Assembly (NCBI RefSeq): GCF_001194135.2
Contig: NC_068997.1
Location: forward strand, 41,148,661-41,212,660
Direction: 5' to 3'
Length of the DNA: 64,000 nt
Origin: Octopus bimaculoides
Taxonomy: Eukaryota
Below, one piece after another: positions 1-14,039 of the stretch. The notes below the pieces were generated by a model that had not been told where the DNA came from, ran no database searches, and saw only the letters and a list, made by a program, of their open reading frames with translations. Position 1 is the stretch's first letter; every line of letters begins with the position of its first letter. The translations under genes were made by a program, and so were the position numbers.

Positions 1-776
1 TTGTAAGCAAGTGTCACTGTAATGCAAGCAGTGTCTGTTTCTGCTCTTCAATGAAAACATGTCTCGTCATGGGAAAATGTCACCTTACTTGGAAACGGGT
101 AAAGACTGGTGATAGAAAGGGCGTTCAGCCAAAGAAAATCTTGCTCGACAAATTTTTCCAAACCGTTGCAAGCATAGAAAAGTTCACAATAAAAGAGTGA
201 TGGAAAAACAATGAAATGCAGAAGCAATGTCTTGGCAATGAGAGAGAGTTAAAGTTTAACTGCCAAATAAATAATGCTAGAAACTCACTTTTGAACTCAG
301 TCAAGGAGAGAAAGAATGCCAGCTGAGGCACCCACCTAAATATGACAATAGTATTCTGTACTAGAGACTTATAAAGATGGAGAAAACAATTAGAGGCGAG
401 ATAATAACTAGCCAAACTGACTTGTATTCTGCATTCTGCTCATATTTTTAAGTAGGTACCACAAGGTGATATAATTCACTGTCAATATTCAGTGACAGTT
501 GACCTCTTTGGAAAACATTCCAGAAGTACATTAACGTCGTTGGCATCTTACCAGCAGCAGTAAATTTGTTTGTTACCTTCATAACAGCAGAGAAATCAGA
601 AGCCATCTTTAGAACAGTGGTCTGTGATTGTAAATGAAATCACCCGTTTTACTTACAGTCAAATTAAAGCATTGATTGGAAATCTTCTCCTGAAGAATAT
701 TAATAAAAAGATTAAACTGAAGAATTCAGTTTGGATTATTTAATGAGAACTATACCTTAATACTATAGTACTACCT

Positions 777-979
777 AAGGCAGTGAACTGCAGAATCATT
801 AGCATGCCAGGCAAAATGTTTAGTGGCATTTCATCCATCTTTACATTCTGAGACCAAATTCCACAAGGTTGACTGGCTTTCATCCTTTCAGAGTTGATAA
901 TTATTAGCTGAGCATTGGGGCCGATGTAATCTACTTAACCCCTCCCCTGAACTTGTACCAAAATTGGAAACCAATATTG
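777..979 (+). mobile_element. tRNA-derived SINE, family A
   Basis: aaggcagtgaactg..cagaatcattagc head and gctttcatcctttcagagttgataa core. Flanked by a duplication (exact tagtactacct at 766-776 and 980-990). Confidence 0.85.
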
Positions 980-1992
980 TAGTACTACCTTCCTAGAATA
1001 AACCAAGATGAAATAGAGGCTTGTCTAGGTACTCTCTGGAAATGTACATAGCTCTGTGTACTTAAACTATCAATTACCTTGACTTCGACAAGATGATTTT
1101 TTTTTTTTATAATTACTTGAACTTGTGGCTCTCTCAAAGCTCATATGGTTTGAATAAATCTGCTAAGTTATATTTTTTACCCCTGCATGATTAAATAAAG
1201 GGTGACCAAGAGCAAATTGTCTGTTCTGTTCAGCTGTGTAGGATTGAGAAAATGATGAGACATGAAAAATAACAACTAAATAATAATGATAATTTTTAAT
1301 AATATCCACTTAATTTCTCTATATAGATAATCATGTAAATACCTTAATGTATACACATTTTGTCTGCTGTAGACATCGAATACTTATTTTTCTAAATCAG
1401 TGAACCTTTTTTTTAGAATGTATAAGATTTATAAATATGATCTTTTGAGAAGTGGAAGTTGATATTTTGTAGGGATTCATAGATAAAACCTGAATTTAAA
1501 GTATGTGTGTGTGAGTGGTGATTTATATAAATTTTTACATTTACATCTCGTTGGAATAAATATTCCTTGAACCCTATTCATGTCTAAGATTGCTTCCTTT
1601 CTTGAAAACTATATCATGTCAAAGATTTCACCATTTTCAATATAATGACTGACTACCGTTTTCAGTTTTTACAATTAAAACTAGCACTGGTATTGACTGT
1701 GACAGAGAGAGAGAGGGGGGGAAGAGAGTGATGTGGGGTGTAGTCCACTTGGGTGTTTAAAATTTTTATGTTCTGAGTCAATGGAGAAAGTAATAACAGT
1801 ATACTTAGGTTGTGTCTGTTGACGATACTTTCTCCTCTACTACAAAAATTGGCCTTATTGTTGGCACTACTATCTTTCATTCCATTGTAGCAGCCATACT
1901 TGCTGAACGTATGTCAGTTTTTGTTGTTTTGCTAAGCTGTGCATTTTTTGTAGATTGTTTTCACTGATAAGATTTGTTGATTTTCCTTACAG

Positions 1993-2112
1993 ATGGTAAT
2001 GACCATGTCACCTGAAGATCCAAACAGAATGGAGGAATTAAGAAAGTATGCTGCAATCTATGGACGGTTTGACTCCAAAAGGAAAAATGATAAACCAATG
2101 TCACTGCATGAG
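1993..2112 (+). CDS. NAB: NAB homologue, first exon in window (NCD2 N-terminal half), phase 0/0
   Basis: ttttccttacAG acceptor and GAG|GTAGGA donor. Translates [40 protein letters not shown], matching the NAB NCD2 signature [18 protein letters not shown]...LHE (recalled from NAB1/NAB2). Confidence 0.96.
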
Positions 2113-2840
2113 GTAGGAACCATCATTACAAAGCCCTGAGATGTTTATCTCAATCTGTACTAACTAAACTACATATAATACTAATTGTTTAACTATTATA
2201 CTACTGATAGGAAAAATTATTGAAATAACTCATTAATTACTGGAACATTTAAAACTAAACTGCAAAGTAATGTCAACAGATAAAACTATATTTTTAACCA
2301 ATAAAATTAGATAAGATTAAGTGATATTATTTACCTCCCTAATTATGAGGATCTTATGCGAGTGGAAGGGCAGAGGCCTTTAGTTAGATGAAAGCAGGGT
2401 TAATTCAGATAGAGAAAAGCAAGTGGTCGCTAGTTTAGTTTAAGAGTTTAGAAATCGTAAAATTATGGTAAGCAGAGAGATGGTGAAGTGAATAAGATTG
2501 AAACCGTCCAGCAGGGGTTGTGCAGAGTCAGTGCAGCTGGTTAAAAAATTCTGCAGTAAATATCTGCTTCAACAAATTACACATATTTTAAAATTTATAA
2601 ACCTAGGCAATCCAATGAGGACATTTAGAAAAACATGGAAAATAGTGTTAAAAACAAATCAGAAATGTCTGCATCTATTAAATGTTGTCTATATATATAT
2701 AATACTGGTATTGTTTTCTGTTTGATGTGAAAACTTGTGTAAATGTCTAAGATGAATTTGTTCAATAATAATAGAATTTTTCTGTCTCTGTAACACATCT
2801 CTAGAAATGAAATATTTTCTTAATATTTACTTCACTTCAA

Positions 2841-3285
2841 AAGGCAGCAAGCTGGCTGAATCATTACTGCACCAGACAAAATACTTAGTGGCATTTTATC
2901 TGTCTTTACATTCTGAGTTCAAATTCCTCTGAGGTCAACTTTGCCTTTCGTCCTTTCAGGGTCAATAAAATAAGTACCAGTTGTGCATTGGGGTCAAAGT
3001 TATCGACTTGCTCTCTTCCCCCAAATTGTTGGCCTTCTGCTAAAATTTGAAATCAATATTTACATCACATCAGGTGGTAAGCTGGCAGAATTGTTTGCCT
3101 GCTGGATGAAATGCCTAGTGGTATTTCATCCATCTTCACATTCTGAGTTCAAATTCCGAGGCCGACTTTGCCTTTCATCCTTTTGGGGATGATAAAATAA
3201 GTACCAGTCGAGTACTGAAGTTGATGCAATCAACTTGGTCCATCCCCCCAAATTGCTGGCCTTGTGCCAAAACTTGAATCCAATA
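2841..3285 (+). mobile_element. Two head-to-tail family A SINEs
   Basis: Two complete copies (about 2841-3058 and 3072-3285), each with a GAGTTCAAATTCC B-box and gcctttc(a/g)tcc...ataaaataagtaccagt core. Confidence 0.9.
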
Positions 3286-4093
3286 TTCACATCACATTTT
3301 CACTAGGTTTTGCATGGCCTGGCTCTGGATTTGTTATCAGGTGTCTCATTCCTAGTTCTGTACATAATATTTTACTGAATTCAAACTAGGAAGTTTTATT
3401 TTTAAACAAAGGATGATAACAATTCTTATCTACAAGGCCATTGATGCATGTAGATGCACAATGAAAATTATAATCTTCTTAGATAAACATCTTTTTATAA
3501 AACTAAATTTAAAGAAAAGCTATCTTTAATGCATCGAACAAATGTCCACGATGGTGATGGCAGTGATGGTTATTCACTAAGTTTAGCATATATTTCTAGC
3601 AATTCTCCACACTGAATTCTATTTATAAGGGATTTACTAAAGTTTACTCTTTTGAATTAACTTCTATATTTTATTACTGTCACATGTTGTTCACATTAAT
3701 ACTTCTTCTCTATATCTACATCTTTGTCATTTATGCCTGTATCACATGGTTGAGAAAAGCTAAATTGATCATGTCATTCTCCTTATTTAGCTATCTTTTA
3801 TACTAGCGAAGAAATTACAAGGCTGTAAATTCAGCAAAACTTAGAACGCTACCCCCTCCTCTCCACTTCTTGTCAAGAGATTTTCTCGTGTTTAATATCA
3901 AGAGCAATTCTACTCAATTCATTTCTAATTCTTAATATGTCTGCTTTATGCTTCAACTGAAAAATTCATTTTTATTCTATTCAAATTAAATAATTTTTAC
4001 TAGCAGCAATATATATATATATTATAAATATTCAACATCTTTTTACTCTGTTTTTAACATTTTTAATACATACATACATACATTCATACGTGC

Positions 4094-4139
<46 letters not shown>

Positions 4140-7107
4140 TTTATAATTCCAGTGTATTTATTATTTTTCATTTATTTATTATTTCTGTTCCCACCTCTTC
4201 TATTGGCACTAGTTGTTGTAAATTAATTTAATTTTTGTTTGATTTGTGAACACTGAATTATTGGTTTCCACTGTCACTTAGAGAATAATTTTTAAAAACT
4301 TTAGGAGGTTGTTTTTTTTTTGTGTTTGTTGTTGTTTGTTTATTTTTCTGCTTTTTAATCAGAGGTGTCCTTATTTATGTTTCTTTTCTTTTGCTCTCTC
4401 CATTTATGTTTCTCTGTGTTATTTTGTCTTAGAAAAAAATCCAATGAATTTCATTGGAAATGGAAAGTGAATGAAAATTACAAATAACTTGTCAAAATAG
4501 GATTCATATAAAATTTTTTAAAAAATTGCCATGTTAATCATTAGTTTTCATAAATGATGTATATCATAAGCCTTCCCCACCCTTTTTTTTTTCCTTTTTG
4601 TCTGTATTCATTATTTTGTTGTTCATAGCTGCTCTGTTCTCTTTAGTTTCTTTGAATATATCCTTAATTATGGTAAAAAGAAAAAAGGAAAGAGGTGTGA
4701 GTCATATTGATAAATTATTGATCCTAAAACTTTATTAAATTTATTGCTCAGAGAAATAAAATTTTAAATTAAAATTGAAGAATTAGTTTGTAAGGTTAAT
4801 ATCTTGATTCAATATTTACAGTGTAAATTCAGTTTTTTTTTGTTTTTTATATTTTTTTTGTATTTTATTTGTTTGTTTGCTGGCTTCTCTGGTATATGTA
4901 TCTGCCTACAGGAAATTGTTGACAACTGCTTTAGAAAACTAGAACATTGAGAAAATAGAGAAAGATTTATATACTCAATATTTCTTACAAATTTTATCTA
5001 GAAACATCCATTTTTCATTTTGGTGATATGGTGCTTTTTGTGTTGCTTTTTGATTTGTTTTTATTTCAAAATTCAGTTATTTACGTTTGCAATAAGATTT
5101 TTTTTCCTTTCTTTTGTGGTTTATTTATCAACATTTAGTGTTTGGTTTATTTGTTTAAGAGAATCAGTTTTAGACAGATAGCTAGATAGAATGATGTAGG
5201 TTAGCTGTTGCTTAGTCATTATTTAATTTATTTACAAAATACTGTAATAAATTATTTGCTTCAAGAAAAATATCTATTTTGATATGCTGTTGATTAAATA
5301 TTCATTTTTATATGTTGAGAGAGGGGTGGTAGTTAAATAATTGAAGCACAGGGGGTATAAGATGTACATTGCATTATTATTTTACTGTCTTCACATCGTT
5401 ATATATATATATATATAATTTCAAAATAGCCTAATCATTTCATGGTGCAAATTTAATGCGGACAAGCATATCTTACTTTTTCCGAGTCATTTCAATTTAG
5501 TTGGTCGTCGTCACTTTTAACAGTGATAATCCAGAGTTACGTCCCTTACTCACTTACCACTTGCTGGCGACAAAAAGTGAAAAATTCTGTTTTCATTCTT
5601 TCGGAAGTTCGTAAATAAAATTTGGAAAAAAAAAAAAGATAGAGAAAAAGAAAAGGAAATGAACAACAACAAAAAAGTTAAAAAAACAACAACATTGTAC
5701 TTAGCTATTGTTTTCAGTTAAAGATAGAATTCTCTAATGAATTAATTTTGATTAGAAATGTCACGCATTGAATAAAATATGACAAATCTTTCAAATTCTT
5801 AAAATCAATAAAAGAAGGGAAAAAACTGCAAAAATAACGAATTGTACTGATTATCGTAGTGTTTCCTGCTACTTTAGATGTTTTATCACAGAGATCATTT
5901 GGTGCACAATAATCTAAAGATTGCAGAAAGTCTGCGAATAAACACAGCCCACATACATTCTTATTCTTTACTTAGTCGCTATTCAAGATCATCTAAGAAA
6001 TAATTTAGTCTATCAATTCTCTGGCCTAACATTGGCAAACGGGCTTCTGGTTTTTGACGACCGTACGAGTGTGCGTGCGTCTATGTATACACGTGTTGTA
6101 TATTGTGTGCGCGCATTGAGCAATGTGTGTGTACATACATTCGTATATAAATATGTGTATAGTCTACAGTGCACTTAAGTGACACACACACATTTTTGCT
6201 TGGTTCATTCATTGGATTGCGACCATGTTAAATCACCCCCTTATTAAGGGTTTTAGTTCATATCAACACTAGTAATTATTTTAAAATCTAGTGTTTATGT
6301 TATCGATTTCTATTTTCCGAATTGCTGAGTTTTGGTGGGTTAGAAAGGTCATAAAATAGCCTTTTTTTTTTTTAATTGATGTCTATGTAATGGCACATAC
6401 AAACAGACGCGTGCGCGCGTATAGACGGACACGGCGATCTTGCAGTTTCTGCCTACCCGTGTCACTCAGTAAGCATTGGTCAGTCCAGGTCTGTAGTAGA
6501 AAACACTTGCTAAAGATGTCACACAGAGGGATCAAACCCCAAAATCATTAGGCTGCAAAGTGAAATTCTCAATCACGCAGTCATGTCTGCGTCTATACAC
6601 ACACACTTGTATGTATGTGTGTGTGTGTGTGTGTGTGCGTGTGCGCGTGCACGCGCGGTAATGAGGCATACCAATGCCATTATCTATGTATGCATTTCTT
6701 CACATTATATACCATACCTGTACTAGTGTTTACACTTTATTCTATTTAAGGATTTTTGTCATGGGTTCACAAAAGAACACAATGCAGTATATCATGGAAG
6801 CTGTAATGCTTGAGAAAGCATGTATGGGTTTAAATAGGAATCCATAAATTCGTCTTTGTAATATATATATATTTATAAACATAATTAAGGGATCAGCAAG
6901 CATTTGCTTCGCCATATACCGAAGTTCAGAAATAGCAGCTAAAAAAGCTGAGACTCCAACAGATAGCATTACTTGTAACTCACAAAGCAAAAACAAGAAG
7001 AAAAAACAATGAAAACTAACCATTTAAAGTTAATCATAGACGCGTTAAAAATTATTAATTGTTGATTTATTAATAAATTAATAAATTGATAAATCTTTAC
7101 CCTTTTA

Positions 7108-7143
<36 letters not shown>

Positions 7144-7159
7144 TTGCACACACTCGTTA

Positions 7160-7369
7160 TTGATTTCAAACTTTGGCACAAGACCAGCAAGTTTAGAAGC
7201 AGTAAGTTGATTACATCAATTCCAATACTGGTACTTATTTTATTGACCCTCAAAATACATGAAAAGCGAAGTCAACCTCGGCAGAATTTGAACTTAGAAC
7301 ATGAAGATCAATTAAATGCTTCTAAGCATTTTGCCTGGCGTGCTAACTATTCTGCCAGCTCACTGCCTT
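7160..7369 (-). mobile_element. Family A SINE (minus strand)
   Basis: The reverse complement reads aaggcagtgagctggcagaatagttagcacgcc...taaaataagtaccag...gtcttgtgccaaagtttgaaatcaa. Confidence 0.85.
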
Positions 7370-7779
7370 TATGTCTGTTATTATTAATGTGTGTGTGTGC
7401 TTTAGTCTTCATGGCTTTTTCAAGAACTGCAAATGCATGTGTACATATTTACCTATGACTTTCTGTTCACTTTCCATGCTGTCATGGATTGGACAGGCAG
7501 ACACAGTCAGAGCCATTTCTTATTTGGAATTGCTATTCGTGTGTCATCTGACATGACACCCACACTAGAGAGCCTGAATAGTCCTCAGTGAGACAGGAGT
7601 AAAGGGTCTTCACAACCCTACACTTTCTCTGTTCTTTTTTTAGAGGTAGGGGGTGGGTTCTGTGAATTGTATTACTCTTTGTTGGTTAAGCTTAGAAGTG
7701 ATCAACCTCATACAGAAATTAGAATGCCATTCGTATCGACTTTTTAAGAGCACAAATGTAAACAAACAAATACACACAA

Positions 7780-7811
<32 letters not shown>

Positions 7812-9099
7812 ACATTCATACACACATAAGCATATATATATATTTATTAGGTGAAGCATTGTGAGGTATAACTTAAAAAAATGTAGTTGTGTAACGCTGG
7901 AACAATGCAAGAAGGTACAAAGTAAACTCTGAAAGGAAAAGAAAAGTAAACAATGTTGCAGTATTACTTTGTATTTTCATATTTTGGAGTGAAGACCACT
8001 TCTTCAGGGCATTTGGAAGAACTGGGGGTTGGGAAAGGTCTGCAACTTTCTTTTCTTTTCTTTTCCCTATGTCGTTTACTTTGTACCTTCTCACTTTGTT
8101 CTGGCTTCACACAACAATCTTCTTTAAAATATATATATTAGTATCATTATCATCATCATCATCACCATCATCATCATCACCATCATTTAACACCAGTTTT
8201 CCCTGCTGGCATGGGATCGACTGTTTGACAGTATTTGCTGATCCACAGAGCTCTGTTGTGCTCCGTGTCTGCTTTGGCATGGTTTCTATGATTGGATGCA
8301 CTTCCTAATGCCAACCATTTTACAGTGAGTACTGGGGACTGTTTTTGTACCACCATCAACATTAGTGGGATTGCCTAGTAACTCTGTGTGTGTGTGTGTG
8401 TGTACAAGCACGACAGTCTATCTATGAAGTTCACTTTCTAGGTCTTGGTCAGTCCAGAGTTATAGTAGAAGGCATTCGTTCTAGGTTCTGTGCAGTGAAA
8501 CTGAACCTGCAACCTCTTGGTTGGAAAGCAAACTTTTTAACCACAAGTCACATACATGGCTAGGACTCCATTATTTCTTTTTTCTTTTTTTTTTTGTTCT
8601 TCTTCTCTCTTGATGTTTACTTACTTTCTAAAAATAGTTGCGACTTCATTTTTTCCCGTTTCTCTGTAACGTAGGTTTTCACATTTGAAAAAACTAATTA
8701 GAAACTGCATTGATCCGAGTTCTAAATTATTTGTGAAACAACATTTTAATTGTTATTTGTTAATGAATTATTAATGGATCGTTCGTTAACACTGCTCAGA
8801 AAGTAACTGAAAGTTGTCTTTAGCATTCTTTCCAACTAAACATTAATTTAATCATCTTCAGATTAAGGTGTGTACTAATAACTTTCACCTCTCCCCCCCC
8901 CACATTTATTTTTAGTAATCCTTGCCATTCTGCTTTTTCCAGTAGCAATAGCACTTACACCATGGTCAACTTTACTCTGAATATCTATTTCCATCACCCG
9001 CCTAGTAATTATTAATGTATTTTACTAGAAACATATATGGTATTTTGCTGCTTAATAAATATATATATTCACCTGTTATATATTTAGTTTTGCTGCTTG

Positions 9100-9134
<35 letters not shown>

Positions 9135-9201
9135 ATCTATCTATATATGTTTATATATATGTGTTTATATATATATATGTGTATATATATATATGTGTGT
9201 T

Positions 9202-9232
<31 letters not shown>

Positions 9233-9250
9233 GTATATACATATAATTTA

Positions 9251-9291
<41 letters not shown>

Positions 9292-10054
9292 CTACACCTG
9301 TTCATGGTCTGCATCTTTCAAAATTAATCTCAAACTTTAAAACAATATACTGAAGCATTATATTTAATATGAGCAGTGTCTTTGACAAGGTGCATCATCA
9401 TCATTATCATTATCATCATTTAACGTCTTTCTTCCATGCTGGCATGGGTTCGACTTCCTAACACCAACCACTTTACAGAGTGGACTGTGTGCTTCTTATG
9501 TGGTACCAGCACCAGCAAGGTCTGTTTGGCATACTTTTTCTGGTTGGATCCCCTTCCTAATGCCAACCAATCTACAGAGTGGACTCAGTGCTTTTCGTAT
9601 GGCAAGGAATAGGTTTTACAGCTGGATGCCTTTTCTAACCTCAACAACTATACAGTGTGAACTGGGTACTTTTCAGGTGGCAGCAGCACCGGTGTGGTCT
9701 GTTTTGGCATGGTTTTTATGGTTGTATATAATTCGAAATGCCTGTCCAATTTCCTTGTAATCTATTTTTAGAGCTATGTAGATAAAACAAAAAAAAAGAT
9801 GACTTCATTTCCCCTTAATCAACTCTGGTCTCGATGATGAATCTATCAGCTTCTTATTCAGTTTTTCAAGTTCAATCATTATTAATCCCATTCAACCCTA
9901 TGTTAGTTACATTTCGTTATATTCTACTTGATTTTGTTTTTAATCCACCATGTTGACTATTGATAAATAGCAGTAGTACTCACCAGACAGCAGTCACTTC
10001 TTTCTTCACCCGCTATATCTCTCATTTGGCAGTTTTAATATTTTGTTTCAGGTT

Positions 10055-10270
10055 AGAGCAACAAGCTGGCAGAATCATTAGAACACCAGGCAAATGCTTA
10101 GTGGCATTTCATCTGTTTTTACAATCTGGGTTCAAATTCCACTGAGGTCAACTTTGCCTTTCATCCTTTCAGAATCAATAAAATAAGTACCAGTGAAACA
10201 CTGGGTTAATGTAATCGACTTAAACCCTCCCCTGAAATTGTTGACCTTGTACTGAAATTTGAAACCAATA
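10055..10270 (+). mobile_element. Family A SINE
   Basis: Same head, B-box and core. Flanked by an 18-bp duplication, aatattttgttt(c/t)aggtt, at 10037-10054 and 10267-10284. Confidence 0.88.
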
Positions 10271-10931
10271 TTTTGTTTTAGGTTTAATATACTTTTAACT
10301 GTATAAGGCCCCACCAAACATCTGGTAAGACCCTTCATATCTAAGATTACACATTTCCTTCAGTTACTACCATACCTTGTGAACCAACAAGAGTGTCTTT
10401 GTGCAGTTATTTGAACCTATGCTAGTCTTGAATACACTATGCTTGAAAACAAGATTTATGAATTTATTTTATCAGGAATGTCATGGTACTAAACAATAAC
10501 AAGTTGTATCCTTCAAAAAAGGACTGGCTTGGAACATACTTGATAAATAATGAAGAAATGTTTTTGAAAACAGCCTTTTTGCATGATGGAAAGGTTCATC
10601 ACACATAAGTTAATAAATAGATCTTACGTCTGTGCTATATAAGCATTAAACTAAACCAAAGTCTCTCTCACAAACATTCAAGTTTATCTTCCCATCCCAC
10701 TTTACACAGTTTCCTCAAAAAGGATTTTTAAAGTCATCTCACCAAATATTTCTAGTTGTTTTACAATCTAGAAACTTATATATACATTTCCCAATGGCAT
10801 TTGATTCAATTCTAAATTAATTCCTTTTTATTTATCAATGATTTTGAGCTATTGGTACTAATCTTTAACCTTCAAAGTTCAATAATTCATACAATACTGG
10901 TAATTGAAGTGATTTATACAAAAACATAAAC

Positions 10932-11158
10932 TAATCCTTTAGCATTTAAACCACCTGCACCCGACCCAAAAATTCTACCAGTTTTATGTTGAACATTGCC
11001 AGATCTAGCCTTTCACACTTGCCCTATGATGTCATTCTAAAACTATACAATCACATCATTGAAATTTTGATGCTACAAAATTATACATGATTAATTCAAA
11101 ATACTGAGAATAAATAAGCATCACATTTGACAGAATAAGCTGACTGCTAAAGGGTTAA
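10932..11158 (-). mobile_element. piggyBac-type MITE, family B1
   Basis: Termini (c)ctttagcattt ... tgctaaaggg|TTAA. The interior matches 36587-36814 in reverse. Confidence 0.8.
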
Positions 11159-11239
11159 AGGCTTAAGATGATACAATTCTGTACCTTGTTCTATCCTAGC
11201 TTTGAAGTATTAGCTGCCATTCTACAGAAATAAATGTTC

Positions 11240-11448
11240 AATAATTCCAATGATATAGTAAAGGACAGTAATTTTTGGGGAAAGGTTAAGTCGATTATAT
11301 CAGCCCCAGTGTTCAACTCATTTTTATCAACCCTGAAAGGATAAAAGGTAGAATTAACCCTAGCATCATTTGAACTCAGAGCATAAAGATGGTGGATTGC
11401 CACTGCATTTCACCTAGTGTGCTAACGATTTTGCAAGCTTGCCACCTT
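11240..11448 (-). mobile_element. Family A SINE (minus strand), abutting a piggyBac-type MITE
   Basis: The reverse complement starts aaggtggcaagcttgcaaaatcgttagcac and contains the B-box and core. A second SINE head lies at about 11678-11733 (minus). Confidence 0.8.
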
Positions 11449-11675
11449 AACCTTTGAGCATTTAAACTGGTCATATCCAGCCTGAATATTCTAGCTGTTT
11501 TATGTTCAAACTGACCAGATCTGATCTCTCACACCTCTCCTACAATATCATTCAAAAAATGTACAGTCACATCATTGAAATCACAAAGCTACAAGATTAA
11601 TACATGATTAATTCAAAACAATGTGAATTAATAAGCATTACATTTGACAGTGTATTCCGAATGCCAAAGGGTTAA
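11447..11675 (-). mobile_element. piggyBac-type MITE, family B1
   Basis: TTAA|cctttgagcattt ... aatgccaaaggg|TTAA. Confidence 0.85.
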
Positions 11676-11836
11676 ACGTAAAGACAGACAAAATGCCACT
11701 GGCGTGCCGAAGATTCTTCCTGCTCGCTGCCTTAAAATGATATAATAATGTTATTTTAATTAGACAATTAAAAAAAAAAAAAAAAAAANNNNNNNNNNTT
11801 GAACTTAGTTTTTGTCTTCTTGTAATCATTTTGCAG

Positions 11837-11970
11837 ATCTCTGTAAATGAAGCTGCCGCTCAGTTGTGCCATCATTTACCAGCACTGTTAACCCGGCGTG
11901 AAGATTTATTCCCATTAGCAAGGCAGGTTGTTCGTGAGAGTGGTTATCAGTATTCCAAAGGTCACTCCAG
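11837..11970 (+). CDS. NAB: NAB homologue exon (NCD2 C-terminal half), phase 0/2
   Basis: ttttgcAG acceptor and CAG|GTAATA donor. [44 protein letters not shown](R) continues NCD2 (cf. [11 protein letters not shown]...ALLTRRDELFALARQ) in phase with the previous exon. Confidence 0.96.
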
Positions 11971-12579
11971 GTAATACTTTCACCATATTCCATCTGCTTT
12001 CCTTTTCCAACTTAACTCAAAATACCTTGTCATACTTTAAACACCTTACTCTCTACCCTCATATATACTTGTATACTTTTAAAGTGTGTCAGGACAAATT
12101 AGATTCAGTTTTAATTTTGATCATTTTAATTCAATGAATTTAATTAATGAAAAAAAATATATAAGTATTCTTGGTTAAAATTTAAGAGTTATTTTAATTT
12201 TTAATATTTTGACTTCTGTATTTGATGCCTGCGCTTTTATTGTTTAGAAACTACTCTAATTTATTGTATGATGTTTTATTACGTTTGCTTTGATTAAAAC
12301 CAATCCATTTACAGGTGCATGACAATTGTTTCCATGGCATACACTTAGATGCATGCCAGTAGTACCGATAGTACATAAGTCGGTGCATGTCACATTGTCA
12401 AATGGCCAAGTTGTAGATGCATGCTAATATTGTCGAAGGGACGTAATTCAGTAGTGTACTTTTCACAATTTATATCACTCACTATTTTCTGCGCAATTCT
12501 GATTTTTATTGAAATCTTATTTGTAAATATTAATTTTTTTTTTCTTTATCAGGAACATTACCTTAAAACGTTGTTGTTT

Positions 12580-12617
<38 letters not shown>

Positions 12618-14039
12618 TTGTAGTTGTTCTTCTTTTTCTTCTTCTTATTATTATAAATGTAAATATTTCTGTAATATTTTCTCTCCTTCATGAGACAATT
12701 TGATAAAGACAGATGAATTTCTTTTTGTTATTGGTCGATAGGAAACTTTTATCGCCAGTATTCTCAGTTTACTCCTAAGCCCATATTAACTTTACACAAT
12801 CTTATTGTAATAATATGATTATATATTCAATATTTTATCTCATTATCCTAGACAATTCTCTCAGAAAATCCAGTCAAAATACATTTTATTCATATTTACA
12901 TGTGAATGTGTGAATAAAACACACGCGCACACACACATATGTATTATTCATAGAAATTTTATATAGCTATTACAAAGAAAAGACTACAGAATTATTAAGG
13001 TTGATATACATGTACCTATCTATCTATCTATTTATCTATCTATCTATATATANNNNNNNNNNNNNNNNNNNNNNNNNNNNNNNNNNNNNNNNNNNNNNNN
13101 NNNNNNNNNNNNNNNNNNNNNNNNNNNNNATATATATATATCTGTCTGTCTGTCTGTCTATTTATCACCTCATCATAATTCTATGTTAGAACCTCCTTTT
13201 TATTTTCAAAACACCAAATTAATGACAAACTTTAATTATACTACTAAATCATTCCAAATTCTTCGTAATTTTCATAATTAATCGAAACACTTAGACAGTG
13301 AACTGGTTAAAACATACCCATTTGTCAGGAACACTTCAAGTGTGAGAACTATTTATGAAAGATCATTGTATTCCACTCTCAATCTGTCACACACACGCAC
13401 ACACACACGCACACACACACGCACCTTTCTTTGAATGTGAGTTATGACGGTTGATGATGATGATGCAGTTAATATTACAAATGCATCAGAAAACTGGGCA
13501 ATAATTTTAGCTGTGAAGAAAGCTGTACTGTATAGTATATGTATGTGTATTTTTACGCGACTATCATGTCGTAGAAAGTAATAAACACACTGACTGATGA
13601 GACAACTAAAACGGCCAGCCTAAGTAAGGGAGACAACTTGCCAATCAGATTTCTAATATCCATTGTTAAAGGAAATCAGAAACGATAGTGTCTTTTCTTT
13701 AAGGAAAATAGGTAGAGAAATAAATAAACCATGGGATTGTAAATTTAGTTTAAGTTAACGACATTAATGCAACCCCAACCTGAACTTACGTTTTCCGTTT
13801 ATATGATTTGATATAAATTATAAAGTCAGAAAATAAATTTTTCCTTTTGAATGATGAAGTCCATCAGTTGGCAAGACTGGTTGAGGAGGACTCGGTACAA
13901 TAATGTCACTATGATTGTTAATTAAAGAATTTCCAGCTTGAGAAACAGTATTGTCATGGAATGAAGAATGAGATCTAAAAGTGTGTTTTTGCGATAAGGT
14001 ACTGAGTCAGCAATTGGTAGTTTGACTCTGTAAGTCTAA

